In this document: in pieces, positions 1-11,269 of the stretch
Layout: every line of letters begins with the position of its first letter
Position numbering within the stretch: the first letter of the stretch is position 1
Source of the DNA: Candidatus Heimdallarchaeota archaeon
GTDB taxonomy: Archaea > Asgardarchaeota > Heimdallarchaeia > Heimdallarchaeales > Heimdallarchaeaceae
DNA: 32,000 nt
Reading direction: 5' to 3'
Assembly: GCA_030668875.1 (NCBI GenBank)
Contig: DAOVER010000008.1
Span: forward strand, 1 to 32,000
The notes under the pieces: model-generated
What the model saw: the letters and a program-made list of their open reading frames with translations, nothing else
Databases searched by the model: none
Told to the model about the DNA's origin: nothing
Position numbers and translations under genes: made by a program

Positions 1-138
1 TTCCAAACTCGCTGCCCCCTTGTTTCTGACATTTGTCGTCTTGAAGAGCCTCCTGCCAAATGGTATAGTGCTACTCATGTCGCTTACTGCCACAACATTG
101 AAGGTGGAGAGGAAGACCCACAAGTTTACGTTAAGTAA
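1..138 (+). CDS. 3' end of an oligopeptide/dipeptide ABC transporter ATP-binding protein (OppF/DppF-type), truncated by window start
   Basis: Frame 1 reads FQTRCPLVSDICRLEEPPAKWYSATHVAYCHNIEGGEEDPQVYVK* (TAA 136-138), matching the F-x-x-R-C-P...C...P...H...C-H C-terminal signature of peptide ABC ATPases. Not in the ORF track. Confidence 0.72.
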   Translation, partial: FQTRCPLVSDICRLEEPPAKWYSATHVAYCHNIEGGEEDPQVYVK

Positions 139-842
139 TCCTCTATCTTTTCTTTTCCTTTTTCTTTTCTCTTATTGTTATAGTACTTATTGTAAATTAG
201 CAGAGTTATTAACACTACTTCTACTGCCGTCATCACTAGCAGTATAGTTGTTTGCCAGTCTAATGGAAAATATGTTATTTTTCCCCAATTTGCAGGTGTA
301 CTCTGATATGATATTGTAGATGAATTGTCATTGAATTCAACAACTGTTTTGTAAACCCTCACCCCAAATGTGTAGTGCTCCTCGCTATATCCATCTATCT
401 CATTTCTAAAATTATATCTTCCATCTGGTGGTGTAGTTTCATTGTAATTTTCAATGTATAGATCAACATATGACCCAAATATATTAAGTCCCGGAGCTAT
501 TTTATGTATAGTACATACAAACATTGCAAAATAACTTACATGATAGATATACTCCTCTTCTGCCCAGTCTATTACCACTTTTGGGTCAAAAAGATTCGAA
601 TGGCCTGTTCCAATTTCTAATTCATGATTGTTAGGGTTCCATATTTCGTTCCACATATTAATTCTAAAAGATACACTTGTACCTGATTGATGTGGGGGAT
701 ACGTTAGAAAATCAATTTCCAAAGTTTTTATATAAATATCAGAGTTTTTTCTAATAGAAGTGGGGTATCCTACAGCTAAAACGATGAATAAAATTATTGA
801 TAAAGAGATAAGAACCCTTTTTGTTTTTTTGTTTATCCTCAT
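126..842 (-). CDS. Hypothetical membrane-anchored protein
   Basis: 238 aa ORF with a basic N-terminus then a hydrophobic helix (VLISLSIILFIVLAVG), and a C-terminal helix (TILLVMTAVEVVLITLLIY) followed by a basic tail. Overlaps the previous gene convergently by 13 nt. Confidence 0.7.
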   Translation of the reverse strand: MRINKKTKRVLISLSIILFIVLAVGYPTSIRKNSDIYIKTLEIDFLTYPPHQSGTSVSFRINMWNEIWNPNNHELEIGTGHSNLFDPKVVIDWAEEEYIYHVSYFAMFVCTIHKIAPGLNIFGSYVDLYIENYNETTPPDGRYNFRNEIDGYSEEHYTFGVRVYKTVVEFNDNSSTISYQSTPANWGKITYFPLDWQTTILLVMTAVEVVLITLLIYNKYYNNKRKEKGKEKIEDYLT

Positions 843-1093
843 TGTTCATTATATTATGCTCTCTTTCTTATTAAAACTATTACTTATCTTTTTCTTCTTT
901 CCTTTCTTAAAAAAATGAAACATTCATAATAAGTTAGATAATATTTCAACATCATTAAGCATAAGACAGCTTATGAATTTTTTAGTAAATGTCACTTTAT
1001 TTTCAGCTAGGGTTTTAACAAGGTTTATTAATTTAGTTTCAGAGTATTAGTTGTTAATTATTCACAGAATTAAGGTTTTGTGAGGAATACATC

Positions 1094-1846
1094 ATGAGTA
1101 GAGTAAATCTTGAATCAGCTCAAAATAATGTTGAGCGTGTGACTAGTAATCTTAGCGAGTTACATCAGATTCTTTCTAGTAAGAAAGATGAAGTAACGAC
1201 CAAGATTAATGAAATCAACGAAATTCTATCTACTTACTTCAAACAAGCTGATGATCTCAATCAACTTATTGCTCAAGAAGAAGAGAAGAAGAGCAATAGT
1301 GCCACTGAATTAGATCAATTTAATCAGAAATTACAAGAACTTACCCATAGTAAAGACGTTCTTCAGTCAGAAATCTCAAGTAAGCAGAAAGATATCCAGC
1401 AGCTTTTGAATCTTATTATGGAAAGGGAACAAATTTCTACCGAGCTTAATATGCAAGTAGATTCTCTTAATGAGAAGATGTCTGGTTTCAAAAGAAAAAT
1501 TGAAGAATTAGATGTTCTTAGTAAATCAATTTCTAGTGAGACATCTGGAGCGATTAGAAATAAAGAGATTCAATTAGCCAACTTGAACGGTCAATTTACA
1601 CAGATGATTTCACGTTCAAAAGCTTTGAAATATTTAGTCCAGAAGGATATTGTGGTTTTACCTGAAGTTCAAGTTATCCGTAGTTTAACTACCCCAGGCA
1701 TAAACACTGAGGAAAATCTTAAGAAAATGTCTGGAGTTTCTGAAGAGATTATCAGAAATATTCTTGTCGAACTTGCTAAACGGGAAATAATTTCCTATGA
1801 ACCACATACAGGAAGATTCCAAGTTATATCGGAGATCGATATTTAG
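1094..1846 (+). CDS. Coiled-coil protein with C-terminal winged-helix-like domain (paralog A)
   Basis: About 185 aa of heptad-rich E/Q/K/L sequence, then LKYLVQKDIVVLPEVQVIRSL...SGVSEEIIRNILVELAKREIISY...GRFQV (helix-turn-helix plus beta-hairpin pattern). GAGGA lies upstream of the ATG. Confidence 0.8.
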   Translation: MSRVNLESAQNNVERVTSNLSELHQILSSKKDEVTTKINEINEILSTYFKQADDLNQLIAQEEEKKSNSATELDQFNQKLQELTHSKDVLQSEISSKQKDIQQLLNLIMEREQISTELNMQVDSLNEKMSGFKRKIEELDVLSKSISSETSGAIRNKEIQLANLNGQFTQMISRSKALKYLVQKDIVVLPEVQVIRSLTTPGINTEENLKKMSGVSEEIIRNILVELAKREIISYEPHTGRFQVISEIDI

Positions 1847-1855
1847 GTGATTGAT

Positions 1856-2611
1856 ATGTCAGAAGAAGAAAGAATGATAAAAATTATTGGCGACATCAAA
1901 CAAGATGTAGAGGAATTAACTTCACGAAATACTTCAGTTATTTCTAACACTAATCAAACATTAGAATCTGTAATAGATGATCTTAGAGCAATTCCTGAGT
2001 ATATTATTGCACTCAAAAGGAATCTAGAAGAGCTAAGGCAATCTAATTCAGACTTAGAGCAAAAAATAATTCAAACTAATCAAGCAATTGAAACAGTTAC
2101 TGCTGAAATTGAGATTAATGATAGTAAGAAACATGAGTTAGATGAAACTGAGATTAATAAGAGAAATAAAAAACAGGAGCTTGAAACTAGCATATCTAAT
2201 CTACAAAATGACAAGAATAGGTTGGAACAAGAGTTCGAACATCTTTCAAGCTCGGCAAAGAATAAAGAAGAAGCTTACACTCATCTCGAAGCAAAATATA
2301 GGCAAGATCTGGAAGACATGGAACAAAAAATCATCGAATCTCAAGCATTTCTTGCACAAGCAAAAGAAGATAACAAGCTTATTGTTTATCTAATGGATGC
2401 TGGATTACTTGATGTTCCAGAAGCTGAAATTGTGTCAATTGTTGCTTCCTCTCCAGATGGATTGAAGCTTGATGAAATTAAGAGTAAGGTTACTATGGCT
2501 ACAGTAAGAGTTCAACCTGTTCTTAATAACTTACTTGAGAAAGTACTAGAATATGATAATTATTCAGATTCCTATAGAATTCTAGAAGCACTAAGAAAAG
2601 AATTCCACTAA
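1856..2611 (+). CDS. Coiled-coil protein with C-terminal winged-helix-like domain (paralog B)
   Basis: Same architecture as the previous gene; C-terminus IVYLMDAGLLDVPEAEIVSIV...LKLDEIKSKV...VQPVLNNLLEKVLEYD...SYRI. ATG 1856 follows AGGTGA (1845-1850); GTG 1847 is an alternative start. Confidence 0.8.
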   Translation: MSEEERMIKIIGDIKQDVEELTSRNTSVISNTNQTLESVIDDLRAIPEYIIALKRNLEELRQSNSDLEQKIIQTNQAIETVTAEIEINDSKKHELDETEINKRNKKQELETSISNLQNDKNRLEQEFEHLSSSAKNKEEAYTHLEAKYRQDLEDMEQKIIESQAFLAQAKEDNKLIVYLMDAGLLDVPEAEIVSIVASSPDGLKLDEIKSKVTMATVRVQPVLNNLLEKVLEYDNYSDSYRILEALRKEFH

Positions 2612-2629
2612 GTATGATTTAAACACTAG

Positions 2630-4087
<1,458 letters not shown>

Positions 4088-4095
4088 AAATTTAT

Positions 4096-4136
4096 TTCGA
4101 CATTAAGTCGAATTTTCTTTTCTTTCTCTATTTTTG
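4096..4136 (+). terminator. Hairpin plus T-tract between convergent gdhA and the PEP-synthase-like gene
   Basis: TTCGAC-ATTAA-GTCGAA stem-loop (4096-4112) followed by TTTTCTTTTCTTTCTC. Confidence 0.5.
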
Positions 4137-7067
4137 TTTATGAGGTTTAATTATCATTCCTTCTCCCCTTTGGGCATCGATGGCAATCGTTAATGGTTTT
4201 CTAGTTCTAACATGACGAACATATGTTAAATTGTTTATACTCTTTTGATTAGCTAACCAATCCCAATCAATTTTGTGTTGTTCTGAATTGTGTTTAATAT
4301 GGAAATACCCTATATTTGCTGTAATAATGTTATGGAAAAAGTGACTACCTTGAGAGAAATCTACACTGAAATCATCTGTCGTAGCTTCAATGATAGTTTT
4401 TGCTCCACTAATATTATTCCATTTTGCAGGAATCCCAAGAAAACGATCTGCTGTTCCCCATCGACCAAAACCCATTAACAAATATGGTCGTTTTTCTTTT
4501 AACATTTGGGCGTTTAACTTATCAATTTCCTCAACAATATCAAGCGTAGCTGTTTTGTCAAACATTTCAGGTTTAACATAGATAATATCCTTTACATCTT
4601 TCATTATTAGGTTCCCGGAAACTTGTGTAGAATACGCGAGTACCTGTTTCAAATCCACTGATTCAAAGTCTTCTTTGGAGATAAGTTCTTGATGTAAAAA
4701 CGGTCTTATTTGTAAAATATGAAATGTATCCACGTCACCTTTTTGTTCTCCGAAATTGCAAGCATATTCAATTTCTATTGAACTACCAAATGCTTTCTCA
4801 CCCACTGATAACAATCGAGTAATAAGCTTAGCTAAAGGAAATGTTTCAAATTTTAGCTGATTATTGAAAGTGATTACGGGAGAACCTTCCCCGAAAAAGC
4901 CTGAATTCAATGTCTCCGAATTGAAATTATATGTGTCTGCGATTCTGGGTAACGTTCCATCCTCTATTGCATCAGATAGATTAAGTTTAACAAGATAAGG
5001 ATCATCATCCAATATATCAAAGTCATCCCTTGTCAAGTCAACTGCATAGTAATGTCTTTGACTCTGTTTGAGAAGAATTTCTGGAGTTGAATAAAAATTC
5101 ATTTTAGGATATTTGGGGCAGAATCTTAGTGCAGATTCACCTTCAACGATCGTTTTTCCAAGACCCAATGCGACATGAGCTATTCTGTCTTCAGGTTTCA
5201 TATACTCGCCAAACGGGTAGTAATTATATGAAGAAGCTGTACCTGAGAAATCTGGATATAGCCGGTTGTTGTGTTCCTTTCCTACTACTTGCTGGATAAC
5301 TACAGCCATTTTTGATTCTTCAATTGTTTGATTAATAGTCTCTGCATAAGACATAGCTAGAGATAAGAACTGAGATGCATACACTAATTTGATAGCTGTA
5401 CATAATTGATTCAATTTTTCATTTTCACTAGAAGAATTATTAGGAATCATGTAAGTGTTGAATATACCTGCAAAGGGCTGATAAGCAGAATCTTCTAATA
5501 GACTTGAAGACCTCACTGCAATAGGTCCGTCGATGTCTTTTAAAAGAAATTTTAAATCAGATTTAATACTCTTAGAGAGTTTTGATTTTACAAATTTCTC
5601 TTTAATCTGCTGATCTGATACCCCAGATAATGCAAAAGTGAAAAGATTATTATCTTCCATAAAACGGTCATATTCATCAGTTCCAATTACTATAGTTTGA
5701 GGAATTTCAATTGAAATATTTTTAAATTCTTTTTGGAACAAAAGAGAGTTAATCAAGAACATAAGAAAGGCTAAACCTCGTCCTTTACCACCAAGAGAGC
5801 CAGGACGTAGTCTTAAAAACAAAATTTCTGAATGGTAATTTTCTCTACTGAAATCATTAACAATCCCTCGTGTTTTTTCAACCACTACATCCTTTATGGT
5901 AGAAAGCAAAAAGTCTCTGAGTTCTTCTCCTACAAATTCAGAAACCTTGCGCGGTCGTAATTTCTCAGCTATCTCAAATTCTCCCCTTGCACTCAACCAA
6001 TTTGAGAAATAATCACTTTGACCATGGTAAGCTAGAGATTCAAATGGGACGCGCTCAATTTCTTTGTAAAAATTAATTATATCACTAGATCTTCCTATCT
6101 CTTTACCGTCAGCATCTCGAAAAACGAAGTCACCGAAACCTACTCTATCAAGCAACCACTTTCGTAAATCCAAAAGCATACTATGTGATCTCTTATAAAG
6201 AAAGGAAATACCTTTCTTATGTGCCTTTTCGCGGTATTTTTCCTTTGATGATTGCAGAATCATTGGCATGTTAGGATAATCCTCTTTAACCTTTCTAGCA
6301 AATAAGAAACCAGCTTGTTTATCCAAAATATCATTGCGAGGAAATTCAACATCACAAACGATACCTAATACACTACGCTTATACTTCTTGTAGAGCATCA
6401 GTGCCTCTTCATAAGTCTCAGCAAGAAGAATCTTGGGTCTGATTCTCATTTTCAGCAAATCTTGAAAGTCATTGGTACCCTCTGTAATCAGACGATGTGT
6501 TTGACGCATAATTTCGCCATACATTTCAGGTAGAAGTAAGGAATAGAAACGTATTGAATCTTCGACAAATATGAACACTTTAACTTGACCAGCATTCGTA
6601 TCATATTCAGCATTTATTTTATCTTCAAGATGTTTAATAATTGCAACAAATATCTTAGAATCACCATTCCAAACAAAGGTGCGATCTATCCCTTCACGTT
6701 TGGAAATTTCTGGGATGTATTTAATCTCAACAACACTATTTAAGAGCAATATTACTGGTATATCTCTGATTTCCTTTACACTTTTTCCAAAAGAAAACAC
6801 ATCCATATCACCAAGTCTTCGCATAGTTATAACCAAATCAAAATTACTCTCATGTAATAAGGTTAAAGCTTCTTTTGCGGAAGAAACTCTTGTTATCCTA
6901 GGTAAAGTTCGAAGGTTAAGATTGTGAAATTCCTCGTAAATTTGATCAGAGAGGCGTCCATCCTCTTCAAGCATAAAACTATCATAAACACTGGAAACGA
7001 GTAAAACATTGCTCATTCTTACAGCCATTAATTCATGAAAAACCTTGAATTTGGGCTTATATTCCAT
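4128..7067 (-). CDS. Receiver-domain-fused PEP/pyruvate-binding (PPDK_N, ATP-grasp) protein
   Basis: N-terminal receiver-like domain (FDLVITM...IPVILL), second receiver domain (LGIVCDVEFP...AGFLFA...PMILQSS), then GSLGGKGRGL, AVRSSSLLEDS..QPFAGIF and MAVVIQQVVG of the PEP synthase/PPDK nucleotide-binding domain. ATG 7067 preferred; GTG 7109 is an alternative. Confidence 0.85.
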   Translation of the reverse strand: MEYKPKFKVFHELMAVRMSNVLLVSSVYDSFMLEEDGRLSDQIYEEFHNLNLRTLPRITRVSSAKEALTLLHESNFDLVITMRRLGDMDVFSFGKSVKEIRDIPVILLLNSVVEIKYIPEISKREGIDRTFVWNGDSKIFVAIIKHLEDKINAEYDTNAGQVKVFIFVEDSIRFYSLLLPEMYGEIMRQTHRLITEGTNDFQDLLKMRIRPKILLAETYEEALMLYKKYKRSVLGIVCDVEFPRNDILDKQAGFLFARKVKEDYPNMPMILQSSKEKYREKAHKKGISFLYKRSHSMLLDLRKWLLDRVGFGDFVFRDADGKEIGRSSDIINFYKEIERVPFESLAYHGQSDYFSNWLSARGEFEIAEKLRPRKVSEFVGEELRDFLLSTIKDVVVEKTRGIVNDFSRENYHSEILFLRLRPGSLGGKGRGLAFLMFLINSLLFQKEFKNISIEIPQTIVIGTDEYDRFMEDNNLFTFALSGVSDQQIKEKFVKSKLSKSIKSDLKFLLKDIDGPIAVRSSSLLEDSAYQPFAGIFNTYMIPNNSSSENEKLNQLCTAIKLVYASQFLSLAMSYAETINQTIEESKMAVVIQQVVGKEHNNRLYPDFSGTASSYNYYPFGEYMKPEDRIAHVALGLGKTIVEGESALRFCPKYPKMNFYSTPEILLKQSQRHYYAVDLTRDDFDILDDDPYLVKLNLSDAIEDGTLPRIADTYNFNSETLNSGFFGEGSPVITFNNQLKFETFPLAKLITRLLSVGEKAFGSSIEIEYACNFGEQKGDVDTFHILQIRPFLHQELISKEDFESVDLKQVLAYSTQVSGNLIMKDVKDIIYVKPEMFDKTATLDIVEEIDKLNAQMLKEKRPYLLMGFGRWGTADRFLGIPAKWNNISGAKTIIEATTDDFSVDFSQGSHFFHNIITANIGYFHIKHNSEQHKIDWDWLANQKSINNLTYVRHVRTRKPLTIAIDAQRGEGMIIKPHKQK

Positions 7068-7202
7068 AAAGAAGCTTTCATCATCAGTAAAAGTTGTCAA
7101 GAAACACACCCATTATCGTATCTATGTTGTAAAATGTGTATCTAACAATTTAAAGATGTTGTAAAGCAGAAAAATGGAAAAAGGGAAAAAAGAGTAGTTA
7201 AC

Positions 7203-8660
7203 TTACTCTGCTAATGGTTCGATTTTTTCAGGTTTTTCTTCTGGAAGGTCTCCAGATTCTCCTTCAACACCAGTTTTCTTAACAAAGAATATTAAAATTC
7301 CAGCGATTAAGAAGAATATTACAGCAAAAAGGAAAAGAAACTTGTATTGTTCACCTTCTGCTAGATCCAATCCGAAGTTTAGTAGATCCAAAACTCCACC
7401 TATGATTACAGGCCCAGTAATAGCTGCAGCGGCTGAGAAGAAGTAATAAATCCCTGTAGCCATACCAATTTTATCCTTTCCAGATAATTCCCAAACAATT
7501 ACAATACTGTTGATATTCACAAATGCCCAACCCACACCTACAAAGAAGAAACATCCAGCATACAATAGTGCTAAGTAGGGTAAATCCATACCAATAAAAG
7601 TTGTTCTAACAGCTAGAGCTGGCAAATTGGCCAATGAGAAGATAGTTGAAATTCCTAGAAAGAATACTATTAATCCAAGACCAATTAGGATAGTTGTTCT
7701 TCTTCCAATCTTTTTAGCAATCAAACCTGCTGGAAATGCAAAAATAATAAATGCTAATGCCACTACTCCAAATATCATACTGATATCAGCTGGAACCATG
7801 AGAAGAACATCTTCACCATAATTGGAAAAGAATGTTTCAATTACGTTGTAACCAAAGAACCATGAGAAGATTGCAAATAGAATAAACAATAAACTTTTAT
7901 CTTTTTGTTTGAATACTTCCTTTAATGCGGGAATAATTTTCACATGCTCTTTTTTCTCAACATCTTTAAGCGTTTCAGGTTCTTTAATTGTGAAGTATAA
8001 AATCACTAGACAAATAAGCAGTACAATTGAAACAAAGATGTATGCCAATATCGTGTTAGACTTTTCTATCATAGGAAATACAAACAAACCTATTAAAGCG
8101 CCAATACCTCCAAGCAGGTTAATAAAACCATTTCCTCGACTTCGAAACTCCTTTCCTACTAAATCAGGCATTAAAGATACTACAGGAGATCTGTAGAGAG
8201 CCATGCTGATATTGAAACCTCCTATGACAAGGAGAAGAAGTATAAAACCTAAGAAAAGAGAATCTGAGCCAGATGCAAATAATACATCAAAACCAAAGAC
8301 ACCTATTAAAATAAAGAATACAGCTGCCAAAGGTATTCCTATAACTAGGAATGGCATTCTACGACCCTTTTTGTTTGGACCATATCTTTTCCAAGTTCTA
8401 TCGCTGACGTGTCCAATCCAAGGTTGCATCAGTACAGCTATGATATTATCTATAACCATAATAGAACCAATAATGAAAGTTTCAAGAGGCAAAGTTCCCC
8501 ACACTTCTCTTAAGTAGCCCTTAAGATAAGTTGGAATATACACATTATATATCACCCAAGTTATTGCTGTAGTGAAAAAACCTAAACCAATAATCGCTGT
8601 AAAAAGATAAGAAAAGCGCTTGCTTTCTTGGGCTTCTTTAAATTTCTCTGAAAATGTCAT
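7203..8660 (-). CDS. MFS transporter, maltose/sucrose (SLC45/MalT-like) type
   Basis: About 12 hydrophobic helices; QPWIGHVSDRT...GRRMPF, PVVSLMPDL and AGLIAKKIGRR motifs. ATG 8660 preferred over the track start 8699. Confidence 0.85.
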   Translation of the reverse strand: MTFSEKFKEAQESKRFSYLFTAIIGLGFFTTAITWVIYNVYIPTYLKGYLREVWGTLPLETFIIGSIMVIDNIIAVLMQPWIGHVSDRTWKRYGPNKKGRRMPFLVIGIPLAAVFFILIGVFGFDVLFASGSDSLFLGFILLLLVIGGFNISMALYRSPVVSLMPDLVGKEFRSRGNGFINLLGGIGALIGLFVFPMIEKSNTILAYIFVSIVLLICLVILYFTIKEPETLKDVEKKEHVKIIPALKEVFKQKDKSLLFILFAIFSWFFGYNVIETFFSNYGEDVLLMVPADISMIFGVVALAFIIFAFPAGLIAKKIGRRTTILIGLGLIVFFLGISTIFSLANLPALAVRTTFIGMDLPYLALLYAGCFFFVGVGWAFVNINSIVIVWELSGKDKIGMATGIYYFFSAAAAITGPVIIGGVLDLLNFGLDLAEGEQYKFLFLFAVIFFLIAGILIFFVKKTGVEGESGDLPEEKPEKIEPLAE

Positions 8661-8873
8661 AATGAAAACAAACGACTGTTGTTTAAATAGTTTACTCAAA
8701 ATTGGTGGTTATTGATAAATCAACATAATTCAAAGAAAAATGTTTCATTCTTATAGGAGTATTTATTCCAATAATTGAAATTGATTAGAAAGATATTTTA
8801 ATAATGATGACAAATTTATTCTAAGAAGGTTACATTAATAGCCCTAGTGGTAACAAGCATCAAAGTGATAACA

Positions 8874-9533
8874 ATGACTAACAGAGATGAACAAAATGAA
8901 GATTACAGTCCTTCAGAAGACATAGGTTCAGGATTCTCTGTAAACCATGATGTTTCACTAAGAGATAGTTCTATTGTTGAATTATATGATGAGGGTAAGT
9001 CAACCTACCAGATTGCTGAAGAATTAGAACTTAATAGACACACTGTTTCTAAGGTCTTAAAGAAAAATCAAATTGAAACAAGAACTATTGCTGATTATCA
9101 TAAGCTTAAACATGAAGAAGTAGTTGAACATTTCAATAAAGGTAAAGATAAAAAGGAAATTGCTGTGATTTTAGAATTAACCGATTATACAGTTCGCAAA
9201 GTGCTAGAAGAAAGGGGATTATTGTTAAAGAAGAAAGACAGAGATACAATACTTATTGCCAGATATGTCCAAATGAAGAATAAAGGTTATGACAATGAAT
9301 CAATCTCGATTTTTCTTGGTATCACACAAAAACAATTGAACAAACATATCAGAAATTCTGGAGTCAATGTAACAGCTGTTAGACACAAAACGAAGACAAT
9401 TGAAAATATAGCTGATCTTATAAGAAAAAGGTTAGAGGGCTTCAAAGTAACTGATCTGTCTCTTGAATATGGATTAGATCTTCTGCTCTTAAGAGAAATA
9501 TTCTATGATTTTGGGTTGTGTTGTGAAGTTTAG
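8874..9533 (+). CDS. Protein with four tandem helix-turn-helix repeats
   Basis: Repeats IVELYDEGKSTYQIAEELELNRHTVSKVLKK / VVEHFNKGKDKKEIAVILELTDYTVRKVLEE / YVQMKNKGYDNESISIFLGITQKQLNKHIRN / IRKRLEGFKVTDLSLEYGLDLLLLREIF. ATG 8874 follows AAGTGA; GTG 8847 is an alternative. Confidence 0.75.
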   Translation: MTNRDEQNEDYSPSEDIGSGFSVNHDVSLRDSSIVELYDEGKSTYQIAEELELNRHTVSKVLKKNQIETRTIADYHKLKHEEVVEHFNKGKDKKEIAVILELTDYTVRKVLEERGLLLKKKDRDTILIARYVQMKNKGYDNESISIFLGITQKQLNKHIRNSGVNVTAVRHKTKTIENIADLIRKRLEGFKVTDLSLEYGLDLLLLREIFYDFGLCCEV

Positions 9534-9667
9534 TACCTAGTTGGTTTTTTTTCTCTTCTAAGTATGAATATTATACTGTTAGTTGTTAATAGTGAAATCT
9601 GAAAGAAGTACAATACTTTAAAATATTAACATTGTTTGAAGATATAAGAAAGGGTTGATTGGCGGAA

Positions 9668-11263
9668 ATGGAGTTACCAGCAGATTTTGAAGAAAGCTTA
9701 GAAGGATTAACAATAGAACATAGAGAATACCAAATAAGTGCTGTCAGTGAGATAATGGAAAAACTCTCTGAAGGTTCAATTCTTCTAAACTATCCATACG
9801 GTACAGGAAAGACAATCATCGCATTATTAACCTTTTATGCTATTAGACAGAACAACCCTAATGCTAAATTTCTATTCACTTCTGCAAGAGAAGCAGCAGG
9901 ACTTAGATGCCGTCAAGCACTAGAGATGGGTAAAAAGTTTGGATTTATTGACAAGTTAGGCTATTTTTATGACCCCAGTGGTAAAGGCATCAGCTTAAGA
10001 CAAAAAAGCAAGATGTATGAAGCTTCAACAGCTATTTTTGCACCTATTACATCGTTAATGAATGACTATTATGAGATGAAAACTAAACTAAGAGTCAATA
10101 TCTTGGAAAATATTACTATGTGCATTATAGATGAAGCAACTGATGTTTTGGCAAGAGATATGGCAGGTTTTCGTCTAAGCAAGTATTTTGATGGATTATT
10201 CAAATTCAGAGAAAAGGGGTTTGCTTTTCCTATCTTAGCCATGACTGGAACAAGAGATGGGGTACGTGCTAAAGCTGTTCTCAAATTATTGGGTAAGAAT
10301 ACTGCTTTAATGCAGAGGCTTGATTTATCACCCTATGAAACTGTCACAAAAATTCATAAAATCCGAAGGGAAGATTACATAAAAATAGATCAGCAAATAT
10401 CAATACAATTAACTAAACCAATAGAAATCATTCAAAAACATCTGGATGTAAAACTTTCACGCTTAGAAATCATCAAAATGTCGTATAGTGGAGTTTTAGA
10501 TCGGCTTGAAAATTTAAAGAATTTTCCTGCAAAATTGAATAAGTATCAGGTAAAGGATGCAGAAGCAAAGACTGCACTCATACTTGCTTTTAGAAGATTA
10601 TTCAAACTAAGTCATGCCAGATTATTATTACTTGAATCTACTCCAGGCGAATTTTTGAAATATATTGAATTAGATGAAAATAAGGATATTTTTAGAAGCA
10701 TTCATGAACCAAGTAAGGAACTCATAACTTACAGAGTTGATTTACCCAAATACGAAAACCCTGAAGAGAAAGTGACACGAGCTTTGGTACAACCAAAAAT
10801 CTATACAGCAATAGATATCATTCATGAGCATTTATTCAGAGGAGCGCAAATTCTGCTTTTCACTCGTTATCTAGCATTAGGTAGTTATCTTAATAGACTC
10901 CTCAATAATCTTGGTTTTCCTGAAGTTAAGTATTTATCAGGTCAAACAACGGAGGACATGAGGAGGATAGTTCTGAAGAATTTTGATGAAGGTAATGTTA
11001 ATGTTCTAATCTTTACACCTTTAGGAGGAAGAGGACTGAATTTAGAAGCAGCGGATGTAGTCATCCACCTTGACATCACAACAAACATAGATGATATGAT
11101 ACAAAGACGTGAAAGAGCTCGAGGATGTCTTGAATATGTGCTAGTTTTAGAAGAAACTAGTGAAGAAGGAAAGGTCAAAGATTACAAGAAACTGATAGAC
11201 AAAGATGAAGATAGAGAGGAAGAAAAAACAGACGAAGTTAATGATAACAAGAATATAGAATAG
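9668..11263 (+). CDS. Divergent superfamily 2 helicase, Hef/FANCM(ERCC4)-like helicase domain without nuclease domain
   Basis: Q motif REYQ, Walker A YPYGTGKT, motif II IIDEAT, III AMTGT, IV ILLFTRY, V VLIFTPLGGRGLNL, VI IQRRERARG; acidic tail. TTG 9659 is an alternative start. Confidence 0.75.
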   Translation: MELPADFEESLEGLTIEHREYQISAVSEIMEKLSEGSILLNYPYGTGKTIIALLTFYAIRQNNPNAKFLFTSAREAAGLRCRQALEMGKKFGFIDKLGYFYDPSGKGISLRQKSKMYEASTAIFAPITSLMNDYYEMKTKLRVNILENITMCIIDEATDVLARDMAGFRLSKYFDGLFKFREKGFAFPILAMTGTRDGVRAKAVLKLLGKNTALMQRLDLSPYETVTKIHKIRREDYIKIDQQISIQLTKPIEIIQKHLDVKLSRLEIIKMSYSGVLDRLENLKNFPAKLNKYQVKDAEAKTALILAFRRLFKLSHARLLLLESTPGEFLKYIELDENKDIFRSIHEPSKELITYRVDLPKYENPEEKVTRALVQPKIYTAIDIIHEHLFRGAQILLFTRYLALGSYLNRLLNNLGFPEVKYLSGQTTEDMRRIVLKNFDEGNVNVLIFTPLGGRGLNLEAADVVIHLDITTNIDDMIQRRERARGCLEYVLVLEETSEEGKVKDYKKLIDKDEDREEEKTDEVNDNKNIE

Positions 11264-11269
11264 ATTTGT

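Noticed and set aside
1844-1849. TAG directly followed by in-frame GTG, suggesting amber read-through fusing the two coiled-coil genes (also TAG-ATG at 29905-29910, and TAGs at 23154 and 28117)
   Set aside because: TAG ends several complete genes here (9533, 11263, 14900, 22049, 26991). At 1844 it simply overlaps the AGGTGA ribosome-binding site, and the internal TAGs lie in genes with other lesions.
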